Shown: positions 1 to 9,597 of the stretch, piece after piece
Layout: every line of letters begins with the position of its first letter
Position numbering within the stretch: the first letter of the stretch is position 1
Source of the DNA: an uncultured Planctomycetia bacterium
GTDB lineage: Bacteria > Omnitrophota > Gorgyraeia > Tantalellales > Tantalellaceae
Assembly (NCBI GenBank): GCA_964527765.1
Contig: CAZGQR010000001.1
Coordinates: 25,961-89,960 of the forward strand
Reading direction: 5' to 3'
DNA length: 64,000 nt
Notes under the pieces: model-generated
The model's database searches: none
The model's input: the letters and a program-made list of their open reading frames with translations, nothing else
What the model was told of the DNA's origin: nothing
Position numbers and translations under genes: made by a program

Positions 1-1203
1 GACTGGACAACAGCGTTCCGGACCCTGGATATCGTTGGGAGCATCTCATCCACTATGCCGCCTATGTCCCGCACGCCCAACTTGTCGATCAAAAGATCCA
101 GCTTATAATCAAACAACCCCTTGGCCTTATCAACAATATCCTCAAACTTCTCTTTTCCGCTTTTTCTCACAAAACTGTCCGGGTCCTCACCCTTGGGTAA
201 AGCTGCTATCTTCACGTTCATCCCGTGCGCGACAAGGACATCAAGGCCCCTCAGGCTGGCGGCTTCCCCCGCCTGATCCGCGTCAAAGACCATGACAGAC
301 GTATCCGTATATTTCCTGAGCATGGTCGCCTGTCCCGGGGTAAGAGCGGTTCCTGAAGTGGCCACGACGTTCGTAACCCCGTGCTGGAACGGGATGATCA
401 CATCCATATACCCCTCGACAAGGACCGCGTAACCCTTTTCCCGAATGCTTTTCTTGGCAAAATTCAGTCCATAAAGAACATTACTTTTGGTATATATCAG
501 TGTTTCCGGTGAATTTATGTACTTGGGCAGAGAATCATCCATGACCCTCCCCCCGAAAGCAACAATGTGCCCTCTTTCATTGAAGATAGGGAAAAGTATC
601 CTGTTCCTGAACCTGTCATAATCCCCTTTTCCCTTTTCGCTTGGGATGGTGAGCCCTGCTTTCTTCATGAGATCCGCGGGTATCTTCTTGCTTTCGCAGT
701 ATCGCCTGAACGATTCCCACTCTCTGGGCGCATAACCGATCCTAAACTCGCTTAATACCTCGGTATCGATGCCGCGTTTTTTCAGGTATTCGAACGCCTT
801 TTCCCCTCTATCGCTTCTAAGAAAATTCTGGTAAAACGTAGCGGCGGTCTTATTGATTTCATAGAGGCGGTTGGCCAGCGAAGCGGCGGGTCCGGTATCT
901 TTTTCGTATTTCGGAAGTTCCACGCCGGCTTTGGCGGCCAACATCCTAACGGCCTCAGGAAAATCCATGTTCTCGTATTGCATCACGAAGCCGATGGCAT
1001 TTCCGCCCGCGCCGCATCCGAAACAATGATATATCTGCTTGTCCGGACTGACCATGAAAGACGGGGTCTTTTCATTATGAAAAGGACAATTTGCCTTGAA
1101 ATTTCTTCCCGCTTTTTTCAACTGTATGTAGCCTGAGACGACTTCTACTATGTCAAGCCTGTCCAGCAAACGGTCAATGATTTCCTGTGGTATTCTGCCC
1201 ATA
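1..1203 (-). CDS. dnaG: DNA primase DnaG, N-terminal portion (gene continues beyond window start)
   Basis: Minus-strand translation from ATG at 1201-1203: MGRIPQEIIDRLLDRLDIVEVVSGYIQLKKAGRNFKANCPFHNEKTPSFMVSPDKQIYHCFGCGAGGNAIGFV = CHC2 zinc finger of primase. Absent from the ORF track because it runs off the window edge. Confidence 0.85.
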
Positions 1204-1210
1204 TCAGGTT

Positions 1211-2167
1211 CTATCGCCTTCTGATCCTCTTAAAGCCCGCGCATTCGATAAAATTCAGCTTTCCCCTCTTTTCCACCGCGTCCAGCAGAAGGTTCAATCC
1301 CAGCGTGTCGCTCGCAATATGTCCGGCTATCACGAAATTTATGAATTCCGTCTTTGCCTCCTTGTAGCCGGACTCCCTGCAGTGCATCCCGATTATGGTC
1401 TTGATCCCCGACTGGGACAGGCGAGCGAACATCTTGTCCGGCCCTGAGGTTCCTCCTGTCATGTCCACAAATACCTTGCCGGCGGCGGCGTTCTCCTCGC
1501 CGATCAATATGAACGGCCCCGTGCCTTCTCTTGTAGCCTCCCTGTATTCGGGGATCGCTTTCAGGATGTTCAGGACATTCTTCAGCTTTTTCGGTTTTTT
1601 GGTGTCGAAGGTCTTCTGCAGAAAACTTGCCACGCAGTTATCCGCCGCGGTATGGATACACATAAAGGGAATGCCGAGAAGCCTCGCCGCGTCCACGGCC
1701 CTGGTATGATTGCCCGGGGCTATTCCGCGGAAAACCTGCTCTATGCGGTCCTTCATGATACCCTCCGCGATCTCCCTGGTAAGACCATACTTTTCCCATA
1801 TGCGGGGCTGCACATCCATGACCCTGTGAAGCTGCGCAAGGGCTCTTCCGGACGGATGATGCGAAATGACCAGGTCTATGTTCGCGCCCTTTTCGTTTAA
1901 CCGATCGGCCAATAATAATTCGGAAACATGTATATCTATCCCTACCAGTATATTTTTTATATCCTCTTCCCCCGAACCGTTCAATATACGGGTGTCGTAA
2001 TACGGGTTCTTGAAACTTTCCCGGTCAAAACCGGCCCTGTCTATACCCTTGCTTTTCCTGTAATCCTTCCTGGCCTTTTTAAGAATGTCTTCAATGGCCC
2101 GCCTGGGGCGCTGATCCTCTCTGAGGCCCTTTTTAACGGCCAGCTCATAGATCGTTTTGAGTTTCAT
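1211..2167 (-). CDS. Nif3-like dinuclear metal center protein (YqfO/DUF34 family)
   Basis: 318-aa ORF with a VISHHP metal-binding motif, the length and His/Asp pattern typical of the Nif3 family. Confidence 0.7.
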   Translation of the reverse strand: MKLKTIYELAVKKGLREDQRPRRAIEDILKKARKDYRKSKGIDRAGFDRESFKNPYYDTRILNGSGEEDIKNILVGIDIHVSELLLADRLNEKGANIDLVISHHPSGRALAQLHRVMDVQPRIWEKYGLTREIAEGIMKDRIEQVFRGIAPGNHTRAVDAARLLGIPFMCIHTAADNCVASFLQKTFDTKKPKKLKNVLNILKAIPEYREATREGTGPFILIGEENAAAGKVFVDMTGGTSGPDKMFARLSQSGIKTIIGMHCRESGYKEAKTEFINFVIAGHIASDTLGLNLLLDAVEKRGKLNFIECAGFKRIRRR

Positions 2168-2168
2168 T

Positions 2169-2735
2169 TTACTCCTTTACTGATTGTTCCGTAGCGACCA
2201 GGATCCCCTCCACTACTTCATCTTTTGTTTTTTGCTCCGATATCCCGACAATGCCTGTCATCCAGCTGTAGATCTGCGCGTCCAGCCCCACGAAAAACAT
2301 GCACGTCCTGGATCCTTCAACGGCGGACTGGCGTACATAATCGAGCGGGACAAGCAGCAGCATTATCCCTATTATCCCGAAAAATATGAATGCCCGCAAA
2401 GAAGCTACCAGCGCCCCGCCTATTCGCTCAATAAGAGCAAGTTCCTCACCTACGATGATATTGAAAACCCTTTCCAAAATCTTAATAACTGTGAATAAAG
2501 CCGCGGAAATAACAAAGAACGACACCGGTTTTGCCCATTTCTGCAGCAAAAAACCAAATATCGCTTCAGATAGAAAACTATAATATCCTATTGAAACGAA
2601 TATTAAGATAAACCAGCCCACAAGAGAAAGGAGTTGACCGCCGACACCGGTCCTTAATCCTTTATAAACCATTCCCAATAAAAGGATTATGAAAAGTATA
2701 TCCAGCCAGTTAATGTTTGTTAATGTTATGGGCAA
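2169..2735 (-). CDS. cvpA: CvpA-family membrane protein
   Basis: 188-aa ORF with four predicted TM helices and the N-terminal pattern of the colicin V production protein family. Confidence 0.55.
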   Translation of the reverse strand: MPITLTNINWLDILFIILLLGMVYKGLRTGVGGQLLSLVGWFILIFVSIGYYSFLSEAIFGFLLQKWAKPVSFFVISAALFTVIKILERVFNIIVGEELALIERIGGALVASLRAFIFFGIIGIMLLLVPLDYVRQSAVEGSRTCMFFVGLDAQIYSWMTGIVGISEQKTKDEVVEGILVATEQSVKE

Positions 2736-2837
2736 AAATAGTACCTTCTAATGGAAAACAAAGTATATCATATAACAATATTAAAGTCAAATCGGCGGGC
2801 TGGAGGGGTAAAACTTTTATTCTTAGTTTTTGTTTGT

Positions 2838-4136
2838 CTAACAAAAGGCCTTTATTTTTTCCTTTTTTATGTTCCCGGCTATCAAGCAAGGCGCCTCTTC
2901 ATCAACGCTATCAACTTTTACTCTTACTATGTTCCCCTCAAATCCCGCAAAACCATCCAATTTCATCCTAACATATTCACCGGTATAACCTTCGGAAAAT
3001 GCTCCTCCGGATCTTCGCTCCACCAGAACATCCACTTCCCTGCCGACAAATCTGCTGCAAAATTCCGCCTGAAGTTCATTTCCGACCTTTATTAACCGTT
3101 CCGCCCTGCTTTTTGCCGTTTCCGAAGGCACTTTGCCGCTGCTTCGAAAAGAACGCGTCCCCTTCCGGTCGCTGTACCTGAAGACATGCAGCCGCGAGGG
3201 CTTTATCTTCCGGATAAATCCCAAGGTCCGCTCAAAATCTTTTTCACCTTCACCGGGAAATCCCACAATGACATCCATGGTCAAACCTATAAAGGGTATC
3301 CGTTCTCGGATCCGCCCGACAAGCCGGCTGAACTGTCCCGTGGTATACTTCCTGTTCATCGCATTCAGCACTCTGTCTGATCCGCTTTGAAGAGAAATGT
3401 GCAAATGCCGGCAGATCTTACGCGAACCGGCTATTTCTCCTATTAAAGAGTCATCTATATGATTGGGTTCGACGGAACTGAGCCTTGCCCGAAAATTCCC
3501 CGGGAGTTTATCTATCTTTTTCAGAAGATCCGAGACGCTTTGCCCATTGCTCCCCCTCCAGGCCCCGAGACAGATACCGGTCAAGACGATCTCCCTGTAG
3601 TCCGCTTCAATGAGTCGGGATGCCTCGGTCAGGATGTCCCGTTCGTCCCTGCTTCTCGAAGGGCCCCTGACAAGACTCACCTTGCAATAAGAACAATCCT
3701 GATCGCACCCATCCTGTATTTTTATAAAAGCCCTGGTATGAGAGCTAAAGCCCGAAATCTGTTCTTTCGCGCGCTCATCGCTTCTGTCCACGCCAAAAAG
3801 AGAGCCAAGGATGCGGGGCAATTTGAGCTTATCCCTGCCCGGCACCACCATGTGCACTTCAGGCAACGACTGTAACCTCTCCATGTCTTCCTTAAAGACC
3901 GCATAACATCCCGTAACGAACACTTTCGCGCCGGGATTCTCCCTTTTCACTCTTCGTATCGACTTTACCGTCTTTATGTCAGCCTGTTCTGTGACAGTGC
4001 AGGAATTCACAATGACCAGATCAGCGTCCTGTATCCCGGATTCCCGGAAACCGAAGTGTAGAAGATTTTCTCTCAGAACCTGCCCTTCATACTGATTGAC
4101 CTTACAGCCCAGTGTTTTTATAGCAAATTTTGGCAT
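2838..4136 (-). CDS. mtaB: MiaB-family radical SAM methylthiotransferase, MtaB-like (tRNA t6A37 methylthiotransferase)
   Basis: ORF track 2838..4154. The likely start is M7 (MPKFAIKTLGCKVNQYE), which matches the MtaB/YqeV N-terminus. It has the radical SAM CxxxCxxC motif (CDQDCSYC) and a C-terminal TRAM domain, and it sits next to rsmE, the conserved yqeU-yqeV synteny. Confidence 0.8.
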   Translation of the reverse strand: MPKFAIKTLGCKVNQYEGQVLRENLLHFGFRESGIQDADLVIVNSCTVTEQADIKTVKSIRRVKRENPGAKVFVTGCYAVFKEDMERLQSLPEVHMVVPGRDKLKLPRILGSLFGVDRSDERAKEQISGFSSHTRAFIKIQDGCDQDCSYCKVSLVRGPSRSRDERDILTEASRLIEADYREIVLTGICLGAWRGSNGQSVSDLLKKIDKLPGNFRARLSSVEPNHIDDSLIGEIAGSRKICRHLHISLQSGSDRVLNAMNRKYTTGQFSRLVGRIRERIPFIGLTMDVIVGFPGEGEKDFERTLGFIRKIKPSRLHVFRYSDRKGTRSFRSSGKVPSETAKSRAERLIKVGNELQAEFCSRFVGREVDVLVERRSGGAFSEGYTGEYVRMKLDGFAGFEGNIVRVKVDSVDEEAPCLIAGNIKKEKIKAFC

Positions 4137-4194
4137 TTTTATTGGCCCGACCATGCTCTAACCTGACAGATCTAACCACTTTAGATGTATGACG

Positions 4195-4935
4195 TTACAG
4201 AGAAAACTCGTAACCGAGCGCGGACAATACGAACAGTCCCGCGGTATCGCTTCTTAAGGTCCTTTTTCCCAAGGATATGAATTTGCAGTTGCCGCTGTCC
4301 GCCATCTCTGTTTCTTCCGGCGTAAAATCTCCTTCCGGCCCGATGAATACCAGGATCTTGCCCGACTTGAAGCCGGCCAGGGACTCCTTGATGGAAACGG
4401 TTTCACCGGCTAAACAGGCAAGCAGGGTCAGGTCATACAGGTCTATTTGTCCGGCTATTCCCCTGTACTCCGTGATCCCGTCGATCGCCGGAACATTTAC
4501 CCTACCGCACTGTTTTGAGGCCTCAATGGCTATTCTTTTCCATCTCTTGACCTTCCTTTTGCAGACCGCGGGATCCCTGGGCCTTGCGATCGTCCTTTCA
4601 CTGACCAGGGGGATCATCCGGGAAACGCCAAGTTCGGTCGCCTTTTCCACTATATAATCCATCCTGCCCTTCCTGGGAATGGCCTGGGCAAGAATGACCT
4701 CCGGGGCGCTTTCCGCGGGAGGTTTTTCCGTGCGCACGATCTCGACGATCATCTTCTTATCTTTCCTGTCCGCCTCTTTTATGAACCCTACATATTCCTT
4801 GCCTGTTCCGTCAAATACGACGATCTGGTCGCCGTCCTGCATCCTCATGACATCCAGGATGTGATGAGCTTCCCTTCCGTCGACCATGATCCTGTCTTTT
4901 CTTACATTTTCTTTCGGAACATAGAACCTTCTCAT
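4195..4935 (-). CDS. rsmE: 16S rRNA (uracil1498-N3)-methyltransferase RsmE
   Basis: 246-aa ORF with an RsmE-like N-terminal PUA-like region and a SPOUT C-terminal domain, adjacent to mtaB. Confidence 0.75.
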   Translation of the reverse strand: MRRFYVPKENVRKDRIMVDGREAHHILDVMRMQDGDQIVVFDGTGKEYVGFIKEADRKDKKMIVEIVRTEKPPAESAPEVILAQAIPRKGRMDYIVEKATELGVSRMIPLVSERTIARPRDPAVCKRKVKRWKRIAIEASKQCGRVNVPAIDGITEYRGIAGQIDLYDLTLLACLAGETVSIKESLAGFKSGKILVFIGPEGDFTPEETEMADSGNCKFISLGKRTLRSDTAGLFVLSALGYEFSL

Positions 4936-4943
4936 TCGTCCCT

Positions 4944-6482
4944 CTATTCCTTTATTTCTTTCTCACCGAATACTTCCGCGGTGAATACATAGATCTCACA
5001 GTCCCCGGTCTTCCATGCATCCGGAGAGATGCCGGCTTTATGCGCGCAGAGGCTGCTCATGAAGTGTTCCCTGTCCCACCCGGTCTCGTCGGCAACCTGC
5101 GGCAGATATACTCCGCTCCTCCATCCGCTTTTCACCATGACTCCGTGTTTCCCCATCTCGATCTCGTTGTAGTCGTCTATTTTTTTCATCGGCGATAAAG
5201 CCGATATTTCTACATCGATATCGTTCAGCTCCTCGAGCGTCACGGGCGGAAATCTGGGATCCTCGGTAGCGGCCGATATAGCCATGTCCCGCACGGTTAG
5301 ATAAAGGGGTCCCGTGGCGGCCATGTGTCCGATACATCCTCTCAGCTGCCCGCGCTCGTGCAGCGTCACGAACGCCCCCATGTCCTGCTCAAGCGCTTTA
5401 TCGCCCGCTTTCACGTCCAGACGCTTTCCCGTTTCAAGATAATGCCGTATGGTGTCCCGCGCTATCTTTAAGAGTTCTTCTTTTTGCTCACGACTGAACA
5501 TATCCCCTTCCTCCTCTTTCTCTGTTACCGCTTTCTCTTTTTTTCCGCTTTTTATGAATGCCGCGCTCAGATACCCCACAACCTTGTCTTTCGAGCCGGC
5601 GGTATCCCCGGAGTTCGCATATTTTAATATTTCAACTTTATCCGCCCCCAGTCTTTTGCAAGCCGACATGACCGAATAAACGGCACCATACCCGCACATA
5701 AGCTCGTGCCGTTTCTTCAGGCTGTAAAAGTACAGCGAATCCGGATCAAACGCCTTTATTATCCCGATCGTTTCCGCGTCTCTTTTGTTTGTAATATCAT
5801 AGGGCAAATAATGGCACATGTCCGTCGAGGCTATTAACACAAAATCTTTTTCATCGCGCAAAATGTCATAAAGCGCATTTGCCAAAAGCCGGCAATTTTC
5901 CAGTCTCTGGTCGCAAAGTGCGATCATCACCAGGCGCGCATCCTTTAATACCGTCTGGATAAACGGTATTTCCATCTCCACGGAATTTTCCGCAGTAAAG
6001 GCCTGGGGTATATCCTGTATATTCTCACTATAAGCGATGAGTTTATTCGTGATATCCGTGTCGATCACGGCTTCTCCCAGCGGTGTGACAAAAGTCTTAT
6101 CGGTAAAGACAGCAATGCGGTTGGGAAAATATTTCCTGTGAGTAAAACCTACCACTATGACCTTGTCGGGATTTCCGGCCATTATCGCTTTGTACGTGTA
6201 TGCAGCCACGGGCCCGGAGAACCTGAGCCCGGCATGGGGGGCTATGGCGCCCACGATCTCCCCTTCGATCCTGCCTACGCGTGCGTTGTGCAGATATCCC
6301 TCGAGCTCTGCCCTCAACTGAACAGGCGAGGCATTATACCAGGAACCTGCCAGATCGGCCTGCTTGGCATCAGCGCAGGCCCCGGCCATAACAAAAACAA
6401 TAACAAGAACTGCGAATAGAAAACGTCTGGCCATAAGATACTCCCTTACCCTGGATTTATGCTGAGCTTTGAGATGCTCCAT
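4944..6482 (-). CDS. Fusion of a Memo-like domain (AmmeMemoRadiSam protein B family) and an AMMECR1 domain (protein A family), with an N-terminal signal peptide or TM anchor
   Basis: 512-aa ORF. Residues about 40-305 are Memo-like (GSWY, IAPHAGLRFSG). Residues about 330-512 are AMMECR1 (GAFVTLHERGQLRGCIGH, VYLPQVADETGW). A hydrophobic N-terminus (FLFAVLVIVFVMAGACA-DA) makes M17, at coordinate 6434, an alternative start. Confidence 0.75.
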   Translation of the reverse strand: MEHLKAQHKSRVREYLMARRFLFAVLVIVFVMAGACADAKQADLAGSWYNASPVQLRAELEGYLHNARVGRIEGEIVGAIAPHAGLRFSGPVAAYTYKAIMAGNPDKVIVVGFTHRKYFPNRIAVFTDKTFVTPLGEAVIDTDITNKLIAYSENIQDIPQAFTAENSVEMEIPFIQTVLKDARLVMIALCDQRLENCRLLANALYDILRDEKDFVLIASTDMCHYLPYDITNKRDAETIGIIKAFDPDSLYFYSLKKRHELMCGYGAVYSVMSACKRLGADKVEILKYANSGDTAGSKDKVVGYLSAAFIKSGKKEKAVTEKEEEGDMFSREQKEELLKIARDTIRHYLETGKRLDVKAGDKALEQDMGAFVTLHERGQLRGCIGHMAATGPLYLTVRDMAISAATEDPRFPPVTLEELNDIDVEISALSPMKKIDDYNEIEMGKHGVMVKSGWRSGVYLPQVADETGWDREHFMSSLCAHKAGISPDAWKTGDCEIYVFTAEVFGEKEIKE

Positions 6483-6548
6483 TGTCTAAGATCTATCGTC
6501 GTACCTGAAGCGGGTACTTAGCCCGTCAGAGAATTTTCTTTAACGGGG

Positions 6549-6576
6549 TTTACGCAACAGATTTTTATGCTATAAT
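6549..6576 (+). promoter_or_regulatory. Sigma-70-type promoter for tRNA-Ala (TTTACG-N16-TATAAT)
   Basis: The -35 TTTACG is at 6549-6554, followed by a 16-nt spacer and the -10 TATAAT at 6571-6576, about 20 nt upstream of the tRNA 5' end. Confidence 0.45.
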
Positions 6577-6596
6577 AAAACCGCAATTTCCGCGGT

Positions 6597-6672
6597 GGGG
6601 CAGTAGCTCAGTTGGGAGAGCATCACGTTCGCAACGTGGGGGTCGTGGGTTCGAATCCCATCTGCTCCACCA
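6597..6672 (+). tRNA. tRNA-Ala (anticodon CGC)
   Basis: 76-nt cloverleaf GGGGCAG..CTGCTCCACCA with a G3:U70 identity pair, anticodon loop TTCGCAA, a TTCGAAT T-loop and an encoded CCA. Confidence 0.9.
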
Positions 6673-6715
6673 CTATAAAAATCCGAGACTCCGGCCGGCA
6701 CTGTTTTCGTCCCCT

Positions 6716-7666
6716 TCAACCCACAAAAACTTTGATGCATTCTTCCACCGTGGCGAAATGTATATCCACCGTATCTTCGCGGTTAACCGCATATCCCCCG
6801 GCCAAGGTTATTGCTATCGGCACGCCGAAATTGCGCGCCTGGGCACACACAAAATTGTCTCTTTCTCTCAGGCCTTCCTTCGACACCGCAAGGGCGCCCA
6901 GCTGATCCCCCTCATACGGATCGGCCCCGGCGAGGTATAGAATGATCTCCGGTTTAAATGTATTTATGATCTTCGGCACGCTATCATAAAGATGATGAAG
7001 GTACACCTTGTCACGGGTGTAATCCCTCAGGCCGATATCAATATCGCTTTTCGGTTTATGAAAAGGATAGTTATTTTCCTGGTGTATTGAAAAAGTGAAT
7101 ACGGAAGGATCTTCCTGAAAAATAAAAGCGGTCCCGTTGCCCTGATGAAGGTCGCAATCTATGACAAGGGCTTTTTTCACGGCGCCGCTCGCCTGCAGCG
7201 CCTTTATGCTGACCGCGATGTCGTTCAGCATGCAGAAACCCTCGCCATGATCGGGAAAGGCATGATGAAATCCGCCCCCCAGATGCACTGCCGCTTTTGT
7301 TTCAAGCGCGCGGCGCGCCGTGGTCAACGTCCCCCCGCAACATGTAAATGAAGCTTCCACTAGTTTATGCGAAAACGGAACTTCAAGCACGGCCACCTCT
7401 TCCGCGCTCAGGGCCCCGGCCTGAAGCTTGTTAAGATATTCGGCCGTATGCACGGTCCGGATCTCCGCTCCTGTTATCGGCTCGGGTAACACGGTTTCGA
7501 ACTTGCCCTTCAGGGAATCATTCGAATCCACGCGTTTTTTCAGAATTCTGTACTTGGAGGTCGGAAAGACATGGTCCCCTATATCAATATAATAGGATTC
7601 CGAATAAATGATCGGTATTTTGAGTGGCGCGTCCGCTAACATATTATCAAGCCAGTTCTTCGACAA
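6716..7666 (-). CDS. Histone deacetylase-family protein (AcuC / acetylpolyamine amidohydrolase-like)
   Basis: 316-aa ORF with the HDAC signatures HHGDG-like (GGGFHHAFPDHGEGFC), DIDxHHGNG (DCDLHQGNG) and a Gly-rich loop. Confidence 0.8.
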   Translation of the reverse strand: MSKNWLDNMLADAPLKIPIIYSESYYIDIGDHVFPTSKYRILKKRVDSNDSLKGKFETVLPEPITGAEIRTVHTAEYLNKLQAGALSAEEVAVLEVPFSHKLVEASFTCCGGTLTTARRALETKAAVHLGGGFHHAFPDHGEGFCMLNDIAVSIKALQASGAVKKALVIDCDLHQGNGTAFIFQEDPSVFTFSIHQENNYPFHKPKSDIDIGLRDYTRDKVYLHHLYDSVPKIINTFKPEIILYLAGADPYEGDQLGALAVSKEGLRERDNFVCAQARNFGVPIAITLAGGYAVNREDTVDIHFATVEECIKVFVG

Positions 7667-7976
7667 AATTCTCGACAGCTTTTTTCATGTGCTGCCAGTC
7701 TTCCTTCGAGTGTATGCCGAACTTCTGTTTGCGCTTCCAGCCATCGTCTGATTTTTGCCACAGATAGAAGCAAATCTGTTTTTTCGCGTAGCTTTCCAAC
7801 AGAACCACAGCTGCCCACCAGCCGAATTTTTTGTTTATGGTGTGGTATTTCAGCACCTTCAGAGGCGCTTTTATCGGCACTCTTTCCTCTCCGCCTTCCG
7901 CCCCCTCAACGACAGGCAGCACCTGCTCCTTTTCCTTTCCGCGCACATTGGATTCTTTTGAAACATCTTCGATCAT
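7647..7976 (-). CDS. Hypothetical protein (109 aa)
   Basis: Its stop overlaps the start of the upstream wHTH gene by 4 nt (ATGA coupling). No family was recognised. Confidence 0.35.
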   Translation of the reverse strand: MIEDVSKESNVRGKEKEQVLPVVEGAEGGEERVPIKAPLKVLKYHTINKKFGWWAAVVLLESYAKKQICFYLWQKSDDGWKRKQKFGIHSKEDWQHMKKAVENFVEELA

Positions 7977-8191
7977 TCTTTCCCCCTTACGTTAGTAAGC
8001 CGAACCGTATAATCCGGGCTGTCTCCTTCCAGAACGATATGCCCTTCCCTGGCAAGCCAGCCCGTGCTCATCAACACAATATCCCTGTCTTTCTGCAGAT
8101 CCTTGATGATGTCCTCCATCTGAGCTGTCTTATCATGGTTGTCGAGATAATCCCATATTTCACCGGCCACAAGTCCTATCCTTGTAATCAT
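7973..8191 (-). CDS. Small winged-helix protein (resembles the DUF2582 family)
   Basis: 72 aa. GEIWDYL and GWLAREGHIVL resemble the short DUF2582 wHTH proteins, by recollection only. Confidence 0.45.
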   Translation of the reverse strand: MITRIGLVAGEIWDYLDNHDKTAQMEDIIKDLQKDRDIVLMSTGWLAREGHIVLEGDSPDYTVRLTNVRGKE

Positions 8192-8233
8192 TTCCTCACC
8201 TCCTCTCTTGAAATTCGGGACTTCGTCCGGCGC

Positions 8234-8509
8234 TTATAAGTGCGCACCGCCTCCGTCCCCCTTTTTCAGCCTCTGGTTATAAGTCCCGCATCTCGGACAC
8301 CTTGAGATGTCTTCATGCCTACTGTCAATATACGTTAACGAACAGATCGAGCAGTGCCATATATGCTCCTCATCCGAGCTGAAGGTCTTCAGTTTGGTGC
8401 CAAAGTCAAAAAAAGCCCATATGACCAGGATGAGCACCGCCGTGAAAAGCAGGTACAGAAAAAGCACCATGGAAATATCCAGTTTTATCATGCGATCAAT
8501 CCCTGGCAT
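8234..8509 (-). CDS. Small membrane protein with a C-terminal CxxC..CxxC zinc ribbon
   Basis: 91-aa ORF with one TM helix (VLFLYLLFTAVLILVIWAFF) followed by HCSICS...CPRCG. Confidence 0.4.
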   Translation of the reverse strand: MPGIDRMIKLDISMVLFLYLLFTAVLILVIWAFFDFGTKLKTFSSDEEHIWHCSICSLTYIDSRHEDISRCPRCGTYNQRLKKGDGGGAHL

Positions 8510-9188
8510 TCAAGATGACATCCACTTCCTGCCATTCATCTGCTGCCGCGGCTTCTTTTCTCGGCTCAAAAATCCATCCCCTGACAAACTTCGAAGCTGC
8601 GATATCAAGCCGGGGATACCCGGTCGTAGTCAACGGTTCCACCTTCTTGACGTTCCCGCCGGCGTCTATCAATACCTTGACCCTGATCTTGAACGTCTCC
8701 TCGCCTCCGTAAAGAGCGCGCATTACAGAAGGGGCTTCGGGCCTGTAAATGACTTTTCTTTCTTTCGCCTGTCCGGTGTAATCAGTCCCCCATTTCCCCA
8801 ACACAAAATCATCCACATCCAGATCCAGGGTAAAATCGGGCACGGCCTTGGAGCCGGTCAAAAAACTCATTACAAGGGTGTCCATGTTGTTTTCCAGGTA
8901 ATCCGGGAATTCCTGAACGGTCGACCTTCTTTTCGGGGCCGCCACTTCCAGTTCCCTGCTCTGCGACGGCAAGAATATGTACCTGTAAGTAGTCATCACG
9001 ACCGGGTTCACGTTCTCCAGCATGATATCGAACGCTGTCTTTTTCAGGATCGGCCCGAGAAAATCGATACGGGTATAAGGATGCGCTCTCTTTATGTCAT
9101 CCGGGGCTATTATTGTCACCGCGGACATCCCCACAATATGCACACCCAGCGATATCAGCAGTGCTATCCTTAAATTCCTGCCTATCAT
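8496..9188 (-). CDS. tonB: TonB-family energy transducer (TonB C-terminal domain)
   Basis: ORF track 8496..9269. The probable start is the internal MIGRNLRIALLISLGVHIV TM anchor. The C-terminus (RVKVLIDAGGNVKKVEPLTTTGYPRLDIAASKFVRGWIFEP) is a TonB_C fold. Confidence 0.6.
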   Translation of the reverse strand: MIGRNLRIALLISLGVHIVGMSAVTIIAPDDIKRAHPYTRIDFLGPILKKTAFDIMLENVNPVVMTTYRYIFLPSQSRELEVAAPKRRSTVQEFPDYLENNMDTLVMSFLTGSKAVPDFTLDLDVDDFVLGKWGTDYTGQAKERKVIYRPEAPSVMRALYGGEETFKIRVKVLIDAGGNVKKVEPLTTTGYPRLDIAASKFVRGWIFEPRKEAAAADEWQEVDVILNARD

Positions 9189-9204
9189 GATTTCCCTTGT
9201 CGGT

Positions 9205-9597
9205 TTACTGCGTCGTGGCAATGTTGATCTGCCTGACATCAACCTGCCGGCAAATATCCCAGACCTCAATGACCTTACCCAGGTCCGATTTCTTATCCGC
9301 TCTTATCAGAAGCGGCTGGTCTTCCCGTGCCGCAACAGTTATGCGGGAGACGAGTTCATCTCCGCTAACGGGCCTTTCATTTATGAAAACCCCGTTATCC
9401 TCCGTGATCGTCACTATAAGCAATTCCTTGTGCAGGACCTCGCTGGTAACGGCCCTGGGCAGATTGACCCTTATCCCCGGCTGGAAGACAAAACTCGAGG
9501 TCAGCATAAAGAATATGAGCAGCAGGAATACCACGTCTATCAGCGGCGCGATATCCAGGCGCCCTTTTTCCAGAAATACTTTTCTTTTAAACTTCAT
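9205..9597 (-). CDS. exbD: ExbD/TolR biopolymer transport protein
   Basis: 130 aa with a single N-terminal TM (IDVVFLLLIFFM) and an ExbD periplasmic domain. Confidence 0.8.
   Translation of the reverse strand: MKFKRKVFLEKGRLDIAPLIDVVFLLLIFFMLTSSFVFQPGIRVNLPRAVTSEVLHKELLIVTITEDNGVFINERPVSGDELVSRITVAAREDQPLLIRADKKSDLGKVIEVWDICRQVDVRQINIATTQ

Noticed and set aside
35-1447. Small plus-strand ORFs at the window start (35..295, 567..755, 1187..1447)
   Set aside because: They lie inside the minus-strand dnaG and Nif3 coding regions. The dnaG zinc-finger translation on the opposite strand is unambiguous.
6673-6715. CCGGCCGG-containing sequence after tRNA-Ala as a bidirectional terminator
   Set aside because: It is only a short self-complementary 8-mer with a weak T-run, not a convincing stem-loop.
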